A stretch of DNA of 52,702 bases from a virus (IMGVR_UViG_3300032277_000005:1-52702); one strand, 5' to 3'; shown: positions 38,301-46,677, counted from the first letter of the stretch. Program-made: numbers and translations. The notes: generated by a model not told the origin, from the sequence alone.

Positions 38301-41300
38301 GCAGAACTATCGACCGCTGTAAGCCGCTTAGACAAGGCGATAAAGCAGCGAGTACAGATCGTTCAGACTACAAGCGATCTTCCCGTAGACGTGCCTACAG
38401 ACGTTCGTGGAATGTATTACGACGGTATTGCCTACGTTGTCGCTGATAACACGCCTGTATCTGACGCAAAGACCGTATTAACCCACGAGATAGTGGGCCA
38501 CATGGGCCTGGAGGAAATGCTAGGCGATTCATTCTCTGACGTTATCGGCAAGATCAAGCGCATGAAGCGAGTAGGTAACAAGCAGGTCGCGGAGATTGTC
38601 AAAACACTAAAGAGAAGCTATGTCGATGAAAACGGGAATTACGCACTAACACCTAATCAAGAAGCAAGGGAAATACTCGCCCATATTGCCGAGACCGACC
38701 ACAACCACTCATTAGTCAAACAGATTATTGCCAAGCTAAAACTATGGCTGGCACGAATGGGGCTGGCTAACAAGGATAGCGCGGAGGTTGGCTACCTGAT
38801 TGCACAGGCCGCAAGGTATGTTGAGGGCAAGGGTGATGCTGTATTAATAACTTCTACGGGAAATATAGAGCCTTATTTCGCTAAAGCCTATCATGGATCG
38901 CCGCACAAGCATGATGGAAGGCTAGACCCCTCTAAGATAGGCACAGGCGAAGGCGCACAGGCTTACGGTTATGGGTATTATGTGGCTGAGAGCGAAAAAG
39001 TCGCCGACAGCTATAGAGTGCAGCTTTCTGACGCGAAAGTAACCTTTGACGGGAAGGTTGCAAAAGACCCTTACCATGTAGAAGAAGGGCGAATGATTAA
39101 AGAATCATATCGGATTGAAATAGCTGAGATAGCACTGTCTTTGCGAGGCCGGTATAAAAATAACAAAGGTAATATGCAGAAAGCTATAATAGAGAATGGG
39201 GCCAAATATATTAATGACAGGGATTCCTTATCGCAATATAGAAAAGACACAAACTATGTTTTGAGCAACTTGGATAGATTCGACTATGAAAAAGGCCACC
39301 TATACGAATACGAAATAGACGACGACGCCATAAGCAAGATGCTTGATTGGGATGCGCCTTTGAGCGAGCAGAGCGACAGTATTCAGGGTGTCGCGGCAAG
39401 GGAGCTTGCTTTAGAAACCGGGATAACCCCAGCCCATGAAAATTTTGAGGCTATGGTGGGGCTGGCTAAGAATCAACTAAATGCTAAGACTGGCGAAGAT
39501 CTATATAAAAGCATGGTGAATAGGCTTGGCATGGATGCAGAGGTGTCACCGGACGAGATTGCTAGCCGTTATTTGTGGGCAGAGGGCGTCCCCGGCATTA
39601 AATACTACGACGGGCAATCAAGAGGCGAGGGGGAGGGAACCCGCAACTTTGTCATATTCCCTGGCGCAGAAGATATTGCAACGCCTATAAGCCGTAATGG
39701 AGTAATGTTTAGCAGAGAAACCCCAGGCACTCCAGAGTACGAAGCCGCTAAAGCTAAGGGCCTGGATATGTCCAAAAAAGCCAGGATGCAGCGAGCGCGG
39801 GATATGGGCTTTGATACCGATACCGTTTGGTATCATGGGACAGGTCGCCAATTCAGTTCATTCGACCCTAAAGCTGAGGGGGAGTTTTCTTCAATAGACA
39901 CTAATAATGTTGTTACTTTTACCACAGATGAAAATATAGCCAAAAGATACGCTAAGGAGTCAGCCGTTTCTGAAAAACAATGGGACGACGAACTAAACAG
40001 GTATATAAAAAATGGAAACCCGCGCATTGTTGAGGCATATTTGCCCTCAAACATAAAAAACATTGATGCTATCGGGAGACACCATGATTCTAAATGGATG
40101 ATTGGAGAGCAAGAAAAAGCGCGAAATCAAGGGTTTGATGGCGTTCGCTTTAATGGGTTAGCTGACGATGTTTACTACAATCCACTGGCAGGCGCGTCAG
40201 ATATAACACAGATATTCGACCCCTCTAATATCCGCTCAGTAAACGCCGCCTTCGACCCTATGGAAAAAGACAGTGCTGAACTGTTGTTTTCTCGGGGTGA
40301 TGGGAACTGGAAGGATGATTCCACAGGCTTCGCCATACCAGACGAGACTTGGAAGACAGTTGCTATCCGAAAGCTACAGGATAAATTTAAAGTCCTGAAA
40401 GACTTACAGGCTAACATTATTGAATCTGGAGGTGAGATTAGCGAGGAGGCAAACGCCTATATTGCGGAAGAGCTATTCCACGGCAAGGCGGAAAACGATA
40501 TTGCCATAATGAGGGATGAATTTGTCGCGCCAATGGCTGAGAAGATGGCGGAGTCTGGTATCACACAGGCACAGCTTGACAAATATCTTTATGCGCTACA
40601 CGCCGAAGAGCGGAACGATCATATAGCGTCAATAAACCCTGATATGCCCGACGGCGGGTCTGGGATGAAGACATCTAAAGCCAAAAAAATTATTGCCGAT
40701 ATAGAGCAGGGAGGCAAGGCGGCTGACTACAAAGACCTTGCCGGCATTGTCCATGCGATGCTAAGAGAGCGCCGCAGAGTTATTATTGACGGCGGCCTTG
40801 AGGATGACGGCCTAATTGATGCATGGGAAGATAAGTACAAAAACTACGTTCCGTTAAAAGGCTTTGCTGAGAACGAGCTAGATGACTCAAGACCAAAAAC
40901 AGGGCAAGGCTTTAACATTGGTGGCAAGGAATCCAAACGTGCACTAGGCCGAGGCTCAGAGGCCGCTAGCCCATCATCGTTCGCTATTATCGACCTGACA
41001 GAAACATTGGTTCGCAATCGCAAGAACGAAGTGGGTAACGCGCTGTTAAAGCTGATTGAAGACAACCCGCAAGAAAGCTATTGGGCATCTTATACCGAAG
41101 ACAACCCAGACACCGACCGGCGCATTGTGAAAGTGGATGGCAAGGATGTTGTCAAAGAGACAGTCATCCCAATGGCTTTGATGAAAGACCAATACTTCAC
41201 CACTAAGCGTAATGGAAAAACGCATTACATGAAGCTGGAAGACCCTCGCTTAATGGACGCGATGAAGAACCTTGGCGTAGAGCATGGCGGCACTGTCATT

Positions 41301-43040
41301 AAGACTATGGGTAATATCACAAGGATAATGTCTGCGCTGAACACAAGCTACTCACCAGAATTTATTACGGGCAATTTTTTAAGGGATGTCCAAACCGCCG
41401 TGTTAAACCTAAAGGCCGAGCAAACAGCCAGTAGCGGGAAAATTAACGGTGAGGAAATTGTATCGCAGACGGTAAAAGATATTCCTTTAGCCATGCGGTC
41501 GGTGTATGCGTCTCTTTCTGGCAAGAAAATAAAAGGAGCCAAGGGTAAAGAGTTTCAAGATTGGTTTGAGGAGTTCAAGAAAGCTGGCGCTAAAACAGGC
41601 TGGTTTGACATGAAGGATCTCGACGGCCAAGCAAGAGAAGTAGAGCAGCTTGTCGAAATGTCCAGCGGCACCACGAAAGGCAATGCGTTGAAGTGGGCTA
41701 AATCCGCAGCAGGCGTTGTTGAAAATATGAATTCAGCGGTAGAGAACGCCGTTAGATTATCCGCTTACGTCAATGCTCGCAGAGCTGGAATATCTGAGCA
41801 AAAAGCGGCGTCTCTTGCCAAGAATATGACTGTAAATTTCAATCGAAAAGGGGAGGTAGGCGCGACACTAAACGCTCTATTCATGTTTAGTAACGCATCT
41901 ATCCAGGGTGTGGCCAACTTCGCTAGGACTATGGGGACGCTCAAAGGCGACAAATCGTTGAAGTGGCAAAACCTTAACAACGCGCAAAAGCTAGGCGTAG
42001 GTATGGCCGCAGGCGCTTTCTTCATTGCGATGGCTAACAGGTCTTCTGCTGGAGAAGATGACGACGGGGTAAACTGGTTCGACAAGGTGCCGGATTACGT
42101 CAAAGAGAGAAACATCGTCATTATGAAATCTTTGTTTGGGGGCGAGCAGGACGGCACATATTGGAAGATCCCGCTCCCTTATGGCTACAATATTTTCAAT
42201 GTCCTTGGTGATTCAATGGAGTCAGTGGCGTTTAGCGACAAGCCAGTCACTAATACAGCGGGAAGACTCACGCTTGCCACGCTTGGCTCATTCTCGCCTA
42301 TCGGGTTCCAAGACTCTAAAACCGTTATGGGCGGCGTATTAAAGAACGCGACCCCGACAGTATTTAAGCCGGTGACAGACATAGCTCTAAATGAGAACTT
42401 CTTTGGCAGCAGCATCTATAGTGAAAACTTCCCGTTTGGCACACCTAAGCCTGATAGCGCAATGGCTCGCAGGTCAACACCAGAAGGCTACCGCAAGGTG
42501 GCTGAATGGCTTAACGAAGGCACAGGCGGCAGCAAGCAGCGTCCAGGGGCTGTTGATATAAACCCCGATGTTATGAGGTACATCGCTGATTACTTTGGCG
42601 GGGCGGCTTACGGATTCTTCGGCTCTAAAGTCCCAGACGTAGTGCATCGCGCAATTAACGACGTTGATGTTGAAGTTAACAGAATGCCATTTGTTAGCCG
42701 TATATCGGGGCGAGTGATGCACTATGATGATATGGGCGACTTTTACGAGCGCAGGGATGAGATAAACCAGATCCACGCAGAGTACAAAACGCTTGAGGGT
42801 GGCGAGAGAGCCGGTTTTTACCGCAAGTATGGCGACAAGATGCGGTTATCCGCTGGAATTAAATCAGCAGAGAAGCGGCTAAAGCTGCTACGTAAGCAGC
42901 GTGACCGAGTGTACGCGAACGAAGATCTTAGCTTTGCGCAGAGGGATGAGAGATTGAAAGACGTACAAGCGAAGATGAAGAAGGTGGTTGACGAGATAAA
43001 TAAAAACTACAACAACGCCTTAACGAAGTCGCTGAAGTGA
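35343..43040 (+). CDS. giant polyvalent protein (zincin peptidase-like, ADP-ribosyltransferase-like and LPD38-like domains)
   Basis: 2565 aa; HEWAHMLDHY; HEIVGHMGL; AYHGSPH..GTGEGAQAYG; WYHGT..F..FD; C-terminal KIPLPYG..NENFFGSSI. Confidence 0.8.
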   Translation: MSKVSCINTTANLDKRDVKTFKADIKSGAKPEDVVEILISDALAEHESLLEIIRSKGGVVEGYVPPVEELKPAADVKGEEIEATKVGKKKPRATPPEKKAQAAKKTEAKPSPTSARPGILTESKAKIIRSMAKDAGVKKGSPGYEDAMTEIASKYDDELERAEFSLPFEEFKALPDNGRTSDEQLRVIYDSVREELGIKEKTAAPVDEPLDEEVRFQIAVDDSNQAIIDEIDELSKKAKARKAESEPEGMSIDLVLPELDYLSDKEKTRFHDLKQSLPSQGQEATDAKARNKARVAARKNAKEKTVELADTSDVGGEMSFNRRGKGITASEIRNTENETERVALAVKSKLWKRPDYQVMVDEGVQPAIAHVIKQIYDSIPTKPPFTGDKYLNAYAETVEATRQAIDDVLLNPKKLAAIMAAINVQIQKRQAVFGGKGMDISELMNKALDPVTGADPLESITDIVFPENDEGARWGRKNVEGNDKANATNNLYKNTTISVEMLTKALIAIDKKGWPAKQESWQRSYRIEEKDGEFRLIKNKRYTPESIHKSKDDAIEAARALTKKSKDDKFKEPETPVENSRRLGDDSRGGRNVSSKELQERFGLKAINFGNWMSKPAAAKERQGHVNSAYDALSDLAITLNLPDKAMSFDGQLGLAIGAQGAGGRNAAHFVAGVNEINLTRTSGAGSLAHEWAHMLDHYFGVQSGMAASSDPFASWATLGVRKIKEGSEIRPEMAEAFGTIVEVMRKKKESIEAMKAREQKHADLAVESLSKFIDSNDIRSIVAGDKDAEAALANIEKGGKSDYTEWPPVGRRRKPEGYTSADVKLIADLAGWDFAKADKLNSEAGAVRVYVGDSKMAQKQLTLHTDFYRNASGLESKSGKPYWTTPHEMFARAFETYVTDKLDGKDKLNSYLVSEWKNNTDGEMEALFNDGPNFRYPRDADRAAINEAFDTLIGGIKTKETDSGVALYSRNYKTNPAAATVAEINAELSTAVSRLDKAIKQRVQIVQTTSDLPVDVPTDVRGMYYDGIAYVVADNTPVSDAKTVLTHEIVGHMGLEEMLGDSFSDVIGKIKRMKRVGNKQVAEIVKTLKRSYVDENGNYALTPNQEAREILAHIAETDHNHSLVKQIIAKLKLWLARMGLANKDSAEVGYLIAQAARYVEGKGDAVLITSTGNIEPYFAKAYHGSPHKHDGRLDPSKIGTGEGAQAYGYGYYVAESEKVADSYRVQLSDAKVTFDGKVAKDPYHVEEGRMIKESYRIEIAEIALSLRGRYKNNKGNMQKAIIENGAKYINDRDSLSQYRKDTNYVLSNLDRFDYEKGHLYEYEIDDDAISKMLDWDAPLSEQSDSIQGVAARELALETGITPAHENFEAMVGLAKNQLNAKTGEDLYKSMVNRLGMDAEVSPDEIASRYLWAEGVPGIKYYDGQSRGEGEGTRNFVIFPGAEDIATPISRNGVMFSRETPGTPEYEAAKAKGLDMSKKARMQRARDMGFDTDTVWYHGTGRQFSSFDPKAEGEFSSIDTNNVVTFTTDENIAKRYAKESAVSEKQWDDELNRYIKNGNPRIVEAYLPSNIKNIDAIGRHHDSKWMIGEQEKARNQGFDGVRFNGLADDVYYNPLAGASDITQIFDPSNIRSVNAAFDPMEKDSAELLFSRGDGNWKDDSTGFAIPDETWKTVAIRKLQDKFKVLKDLQANIIESGGEISEEANAYIAEELFHGKAENDIAIMRDEFVAPMAEKMAESGITQAQLDKYLYALHAEERNDHIASINPDMPDGGSGMKTSKAKKIIADIEQGGKAADYKDLAGIVHAMLRERRRVIIDGGLEDDGLIDAWEDKYKNYVPLKGFAENELDDSRPKTGQGFNIGGKESKRALGRGSEAASPSSFAIIDLTETLVRNRKNEVGNALLKLIEDNPQESYWASYTEDNPDTDRRIVKVDGKDVVKETVIPMALMKDQYFTTKRNGKTHYMKLEDPRLMDAMKNLGVEHGGTVIKTMGNITRIMSALNTSYSPEFITGNFLRDVQTAVLNLKAEQTASSGKINGEEIVSQTVKDIPLAMRSVYASLSGKKIKGAKGKEFQDWFEEFKKAGAKTGWFDMKDLDGQAREVEQLVEMSSGTTKGNALKWAKSAAGVVENMNSAVENAVRLSAYVNARRAGISEQKAASLAKNMTVNFNRKGEVGATLNALFMFSNASIQGVANFARTMGTLKGDKSLKWQNLNNAQKLGVGMAAGAFFIAMANRSSAGEDDDGVNWFDKVPDYVKERNIVIMKSLFGGEQDGTYWKIPLPYGYNIFNVLGDSMESVAFSDKPVTNTAGRLTLATLGSFSPIGFQDSKTVMGGVLKNATPTVFKPVTDIALNENFFGSSIYSENFPFGTPKPDSAMARRSTPEGYRKVAEWLNEGTGGSKQRPGAVDINPDVMRYIADYFGGAAYGFFGSKVPDVVHRAINDVDVEVNRMPFVSRISGRVMHYDDMGDFYERRDEINQIHAEYKTLEGGERAGFYRKYGDKMRLSAGIKSAEKRLKLLRKQRDRVYANEDLSFAQRDERLKDVQAKMKKVVDEINKNYNNALTKSLK

Positions 43041-43183
43041 AAAAACAAAGAACAGGCCGACGCGATAAAGAACGGGATAAGGCATCCGGCACCCAGCACC
43101 ATTAGCTCAGGTGTGCTGGAAAGCCACGCCAAGATAAACAAAGCAATGGACGCTATAAGCAAGCTTGGTATAAACCGTTTCAA
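43007..43183 (-). CDS. small two-TM membrane protein (not in ORF track)
   Basis: TTG start; MKRFIPSLLIASIALFILAWL..LGAGCLIPFFIASACSLFF. Confidence 0.4.
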   Translation of the reverse strand: MKRFIPSLLIASIALFILAWLSSTPELMVLGAGCLIPFFIASACSLFFHFSDFVKALL

Positions 43184-43217
43184 AGTCAGCCCCTATGTTA
43201 AGTAAGGGCTGATTATA

Positions 43218-43430
43218 TCACTCTCCAGCTTTCGCTATAAATTCACCGCACCACCATATCTCTCGAACTGTCGGGAAGTAAAAATTATAAGTGTCGAGAA
43301 ATGCAAGCTCGCTATCTTGCGCCTGTCTTACAGGAGGGTATCGCCTACATTCCCCTAGCGTGAAAATTTCGTCGTCTCCATCGGAAAGAAAATCCCAGTA
43401 TTTGCAATCAATACATTTATCCTTTTTCAT
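43218..43430 (-). CDS. small Cys-rich phage protein
   Basis: CIDCKYW..GECRRYPP..WCGEF. Confidence 0.7.
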   Translation of the reverse strand: MKKDKCIDCKYWDFLSDGDDEIFTLGECRRYPPVRQAQDSELAFLDTYNFYFPTVREIWWCGEFIAKAGE

Positions 43431-43433
43431 GGG

Positions 43434-43715
43434 CTAATCAAACTTCTCAAGCTCAAACTCAAACCGGCTAGGCTTTCGCGTCGCTTCAACCTCGATAGTC
43501 TCATAGGTATTAGTGTTGTTATTATAAGTCTCTATCGTTGTCGTCCCTCCGTATGTCCTTACACTATCCACGTCAATATCCTTTGTTCGCCCGGTTGAGT
43601 GGTTGTAGGTGCGTATATTCTGCCCTGCCTCCACTCCCGCCGGCTCTTTCCAGTAGTCGCTGGCCGAGGCTGTGACTGTGGTCGTTGCTAGCATTGTCGC
43701 CATAAGTAGTTTCAT
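43434..43715 (-). CDS. exported hypothetical protein
   Basis: Signal peptide MKLLMATMLATTTVTASA. Confidence 0.6.
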   Translation of the reverse strand: MKLLMATMLATTTVTASASDYWKEPAGVEAGQNIRTYNHSTGRTKDIDVDSVRTYGGTTTIETYNNNTNTYETIEVEATRKPSRFEFELEKFD

Positions 43716-43734
43716 TGTATATCCCTATTGTTGA

Positions 43735-43989
43735 TTAATGTACAATCTCTTCGCTTGTCAAATCCTCGCTACAAAGTCTAACCATGGTTAGCAAATACTC
43801 GAGGTCTAAGGACAGTCGCCCAAGCCAATCCAGGTCTTCTGTATGCGCAGCTATTTCTTCGGAAATACAGCTTAAAGCATAGTCCAGCTCATTGGACGCC
43901 TCTCGTGTATCTTCCAAAATACTGATCTCAGTCAACAGGCTGGCAAGTTTGGTAATTAAATTAGACTCATTGTGCTTATTTTGTGTCAT
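43735..43989 (-). CDS. hypothetical protein
   Basis: GAGG RBS; helical acidic ORF. Confidence 0.6.
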   Translation of the reverse strand: MTQNKHNESNLITKLASLLTEISILEDTREASNELDYALSCISEEIAAHTEDLDWLGRLSLDLEYLLTMVRLCSEDLTSEEIVH

Positions 43990-44032
43990 AATATCCTCTC
44001 TCCGATTGGCGGTTTCACATCCCGCTATCCTT

Positions 44033-44058
44033 ATCCCGCTTAATTGCGGGATTTTTTT
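44033..44058 (+). terminator. intrinsic terminator (plus orientation)
   Basis: ATCCCGC-TTAATT-GCGGGAT-TTTTTT. Confidence 0.65.
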
Positions 44059-44278
44059 GTCTAAACATCACCTACCAATACTTTCTTAATAACCTCAAGC
44101 CTCTCCTCGTCCTTGGCCTTTTCACGATTGCCTTGCTTGGCTGATGATTTTCTCCATAGCGTCAATTGCTGCCATCACTGTGCCTGGTTGTGCTGTTAGT
44201 TGTTTATTCATTGGTTGCCTCGTTTTTAAATTGATCAGCAATGTCCGCGAATATGATCGTCTTGCCGTATAATTATGT

Positions 44279-44327
44279 ATATAACACCTCGATGCAGCGG
44301 GCGGAGCCGCCGATCTCTTTGTTAAAT
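44279..44327 (+). mobile_element. attC-like site (family A)
   Basis: ATATAAC-ACCTC-GATGCAGC..GCCGATC-TCTTT-GTTAAAT. Confidence 0.8.
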
Positions 44328-44519
44328 TGCCGCAAACTCAGATACAACCGTGTTTTCGTAAGAATTCCCCTCAGTTGTCATCCAGTGAAAGTTGCCGTCC
44401 TCGTCTTTTTCCCAGTACGCGACAGCTTTGCGCCAATTAGTTTTTATCAAATAATGAGTGTGGCGCTTTGGTTTGGCGGTCCCGTTATTTACAATCCAGT
44501 TAATCGTTTGTTTTGCCAT
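44322..44519 (-). CDS. cassette-borne hypothetical protein
   Basis: MAKQTINW..; ends GTTAAATTG (44321) and CAATTTAAC (44532). Confidence 0.7.
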   Translation of the reverse strand: MAKQTINWIVNNGTAKPKRHTHYLIKTNWRKAVAYWEKDEDGNFHWMTTEGNSYENTVVSEFAAI

Positions 44520-44533
44520 CAATCGAACCCTCA

Positions 44534-44590
44534 ATTTAACAAAGCAGTCAAAACGACTGCGTAAACTTGCGTTTTACCTCGTGGTTATGC
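44534..44590 (+). mobile_element. attC-like site
   Basis: ATTTAAC-AAAGC-AGTCAAAA...TTTTACC-TCGTG-GTTATGC. Confidence 0.85.
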
Positions 44591-44785
44591 GCCTTTCTTT
44601 AAGGCTCTTTTACTGTAGTCTCTGTATATTTTGTGGCCGCATTTCCAGCACCTTGGTTCGCTCTTAGCAGTAGATTTGGCTGTGTCATAGCCACAGTTGC
44701 CACAAGGCTCGTACCATATATCAAAATCACGTAGCGCATAACAACGCGCTGAACTCGGATTCGTCTCTTTACTCGCTTCGCTCAT
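44585..44785 (-). CDS. cassette-borne zinc-ribbon protein starting inside attC
   Basis: MSEASKETNP.. with CGNC and CWKC; ends GTTATGCGC and GCGCATAAC. Confidence 0.7.
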   Translation of the reverse strand: MSEASKETNPSSARCYALRDFDIWYEPCGNCGYDTAKSTAKSEPRCWKCGHKIYRDYSKRALKKGA

Positions 44786-44817
44786 TTCGTTCCTCACCGG
44801 TTAGCTCAAGGTTAGGC
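44736..44817 (+). mobile_element. attC-like site (family B, leader-encoding)
   Basis: GCATAAC-AACGC-GCTGAACT-CGGA...CCGGTTAGC-TCAAG-GTTAGGC. Confidence 0.9.
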
Positions 44818-45063
44818 GCTAGGGCCGTAGGACTCAAATTCAACCCAGTCAGAAATCATCTGCCAAACTTGGTTATACATAGGCCAGTCTTTCTCGACCA
44901 CAACACAGTCAATGTCAGCGCAATCTCCAGAGTCAAGATCCTTATCAGGCTGCTTGATACTTGATAGCTCCAATAAAATATTATTGAGCTTCAGCTTTGA
45001 CTCAGTGGGCAGCAAATCAATATCTTTCCTCTTGAGTACTAAGTACCTATTTTCACGTTCCAT
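44812..45063 (-). CDS. cassette-borne phage hypothetical protein
   Basis: MERENRYLVLKRKD..CVVVEKDWPMY; ends GTTAGGCGC and GCGCCTAAC. Confidence 0.7.
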   Translation of the reverse strand: MERENRYLVLKRKDIDLLPTESKLKLNNILLELSSIKQPDKDLDSGDCADIDCVVVEKDWPMYNQVWQMISDWVEFESYGPSA

Positions 45064-45082
45064 AATTCTCACTCCGTAACGC

Positions 45083-45154
45083 GCCTAACAACAAATTGTT
45101 GCAGACTGTTCAATCGCTGCGCTCAATCACAGCGGCAAAATAAAAAGGTTAGCT
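45083..45154 (+). mobile_element. attC-like site
   Basis: GCCTAAC-AACAA-ATTGTTGC...GCAAAAT-AAAAAG-GTTAGCT. Confidence 0.85.
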
Positions 45155-45367
45155 GCCCTTAAACTTCTGCATTATTTCTTTGCATTTATCAATATCACCA
45201 CTTCGCCTAAGATCGTCTATATCCATCTCACCCATAGCTCGTCTATCTTCTGACCAAGGGTCGCCATCGTGTTCGTATTCATCATAATCAATTACCGCGT
45301 TTAGAAGCAGCTCAAAAGCAGCTAACAACACGTTCAAATCTGACTCGCTACACTTCGTTTCGCTCAC
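45149..45367 (-). CDS. cassette-borne protein starting inside attC
   Basis: AGGAG RBS and GTG start within attC; ends GTTAGCTGC and GCAGCTAAC. Confidence 0.7.
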   Translation of the reverse strand: MSETKCSESDLNVLLAAFELLLNAVIDYDEYEHDGDPWSEDRRAMGEMDIDDLRRSGDIDKCKEIMQKFKGS

Positions 45368-45388
45368 AATTTAACTCCTACGTTATAC
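45320..45388 (+). mobile_element. attC-like site (leader-encoding)
   Basis: AGCTAAC-AACAC-GTTCAAAT...ATTTAAC-TCCTAC-GTTATAC. Confidence 0.9.
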
Positions 45389-45392
45389 GGCT

Positions 45393-45584
45393 TTATCTGC
45401 TGCTGGTAACATCACAGCCGTGTTCTTGGAGCCACTTTTTTACAACGTAGTGAAATTGACGGTGGATTACGTCTATAGCCGCTTTGCTGACCTCGGGCCT
45501 CATCGGCGACTCTTCTAAATTCTTAAGTTTAAGCTGGTCGAGCAGCGCCTTAGCGTCCGCGTCTTGGATAATAATTGCTCGCAT
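45393..45584 (-). CDS. cassette-borne hypothetical protein
   Basis: AGGAG RBS; ends GTTATACGGC and GCCTTATAAC (9/10 complementary). Confidence 0.7.
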   Translation of the reverse strand: MRAIIIQDADAKALLDQLKLKNLEESPMRPEVSKAAIDVIHRQFHYVVKKWLQEHGCDVTSSR

Positions 45585-45605
45585 TGGTCTCTCCTACCTG
45601 TCGCC

Positions 45606-45670
45606 TTATAACAAGGCACTGAAATTGGAGCCACAAACTGCGTGGCCCATTTAGCTTGATTGCGTTATGC
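45606..45670 (+). mobile_element. attC-like site
   Basis: TTATAAC-AAGGC-ACTGAAAT...ATTTAGC..GTTATGC; 40 bp identical (inverted) to 1825..1864. Confidence 0.9.
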
Positions 45671-45838
45671 GCCCATAGCCCTTAAGCAAAGCTTGCATGT
45701 GACTTTAGTTTTTCTGGTTGTCGTTCCTTTTCTCACATACCCGCAGGCCGCTCCGTCATAACCTCTATCTCGATAATCGCGTACAGCGTAATCAGGTGCG
45801 TTTTTTAAAATTGTCGGGTCGTAGTAATGTACTTTCAT
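45665..45838 (-). CDS. cassette-borne 57-aa protein (not in ORF track)
   Basis: MKVHYYDPT..ACG..VTCKLCL; GAGG RBS; ends GTTATGCG and CGCATAAC. Confidence 0.65.
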   Translation of the reverse strand: MKVHYYDPTILKNAPDYAVRDYRDRGYDGAACGYVRKGTTTRKTKVTCKLCLRAMGA

Positions 45839-45863
45839 TTCACGCCTCTAATGTATTAAATTC

Positions 45864-45919
45864 GCATAACAAGTCGTCAATCGGACGGCTGCGCCAGCCG
45901 GTTACTTTTGGCGTTATGC
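45864..45919 (+). mobile_element. attC-like site
   Basis: GCATAAC-AAGTC-GTCAATCGGACGGCTG..CAGCCGGTTAC-TTTTGGC-GTTATGC. Confidence 0.85.
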
Positions 45920-46177
45920 GCCAAGTCTTCGTATTATGGCGGCAATTTTCTTTGTCATCGTTCCCCAAAAGCTGCCGTTAATCCATTCGTAGTTGGCACC
46001 TCTATCTTGGGTTTCAACAACTTTTGCACACTCTTCAATGGCCTCCGATCTAACGTCTGCCAATATCTTTAAATGATCGCTGTATCTAACCCATTCGCCA
46101 GCGGCGTCTACCTTTTCAAAAAGGCTCTGTCCCGTGTTGGGGCAATACCCAACGTCAAATTCATATCTATCAACCAC
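45914..46177 (-). CDS. cassette-borne phage protein (second gene of a two-gene cassette)
   Basis: GEWVRYSDH..AIEECAK..IAAIIRRL. Confidence 0.65.
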   Translation of the reverse strand: MVDRYEFDVGYCPNTGQSLFEKVDAAGEWVRYSDHLKILADVRSEAIEECAKVVETQDRGANYEWINGSFWGTMTKKIAAIIRRLGA

Positions 46178-46364
46178 AGCAACCTCCGTTCACTTTCTCA
46201 GCGTCTTTATATTCTTTGTCAATATCTTCTATTAACCCAACCTCAATTAACGGTATAGGCGTCCCATCTTCTAAGGTGGGTCGCCCGCACCATCCGCACC
46301 GATAGCGCATAACAACACGCTCAAGGCTCGCCTTCGGCTGGACTTCGTTCTTCGCTTCGCTCAT
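46170..46364 (-). CDS. cassette-borne protein starting inside attC
   Basis: MSEAKNEVQ..; CGWCG; cassette ends GTTATGCGC (45913) and GCGCATAAC (46305). Confidence 0.65.
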   Translation of the reverse strand: MSEAKNEVQPKASLERVVMRYRCGWCGRPTLEDGTPIPLIEVGLIEDIDKEYKDAEKVNGGCCG

Positions 46365-46391
46365 CTCTCGCCCCTTAGCTCTGGGTTATAT
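46307..46391 (+). mobile_element. attC-like site (family B, leader-encoding)
   Basis: GCATAAC-AACAC-GCTCAAGG...CCTTAGC-TCTGG-GTTATAT. Confidence 0.9.
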
Positions 46392-46625
46392 TTCCTTATC
46401 TAGTTCTGTTTTAGTCACGTATATACAATCACCTTCGCAAGAGTAATCGGCGTAAAATATCCAACCATCATCCTTGCCGTAATCGCGCTCTTCGTAATCC
46501 ACTGGATCTCTGGCGTAGTCTTTTGCTTTAGCCTTCGCCCATTCAACAGCCTTGTCAGCGTCAGTAAATGGGTGCGCGGTTGTATCTCTATGCCTGTCCT
46601 TCCAAATCGCTATGTAAATTTCCAT
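46386..46625 (-). CDS. cassette-borne hypothetical protein
   Basis: Ends GTTATATTT and AAATATAAC. Confidence 0.7.
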   Translation of the reverse strand: MEIYIAIWKDRHRDTTAHPFTDADKAVEWAKAKAKDYARDPVDYEERDYGKDDGWIFYADYSCEGDCIYVTKTELDKEI

Positions 46626-46647
46626 ACTTGCAAACCTCTTAGTTAAA

Positions 46648-46677
46648 ATATAACCAGGCGCTCAACTCGGATTCGTC
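46648..46677 (+). mobile_element. half attC site (R''-L'' arm only)
   Basis: ATATAAC-CAGGC-GCTCAACT-CGGATTCGTC matches the left arm of 44736; no L'/R' follows. Confidence 0.65.

Noticed and set aside
15173-42776. Many short minus-strand or out-of-frame ORFs within the virion module
   Set aside because: Shadow ORFs of long coupled plus-strand genes, with no recognisable motifs.
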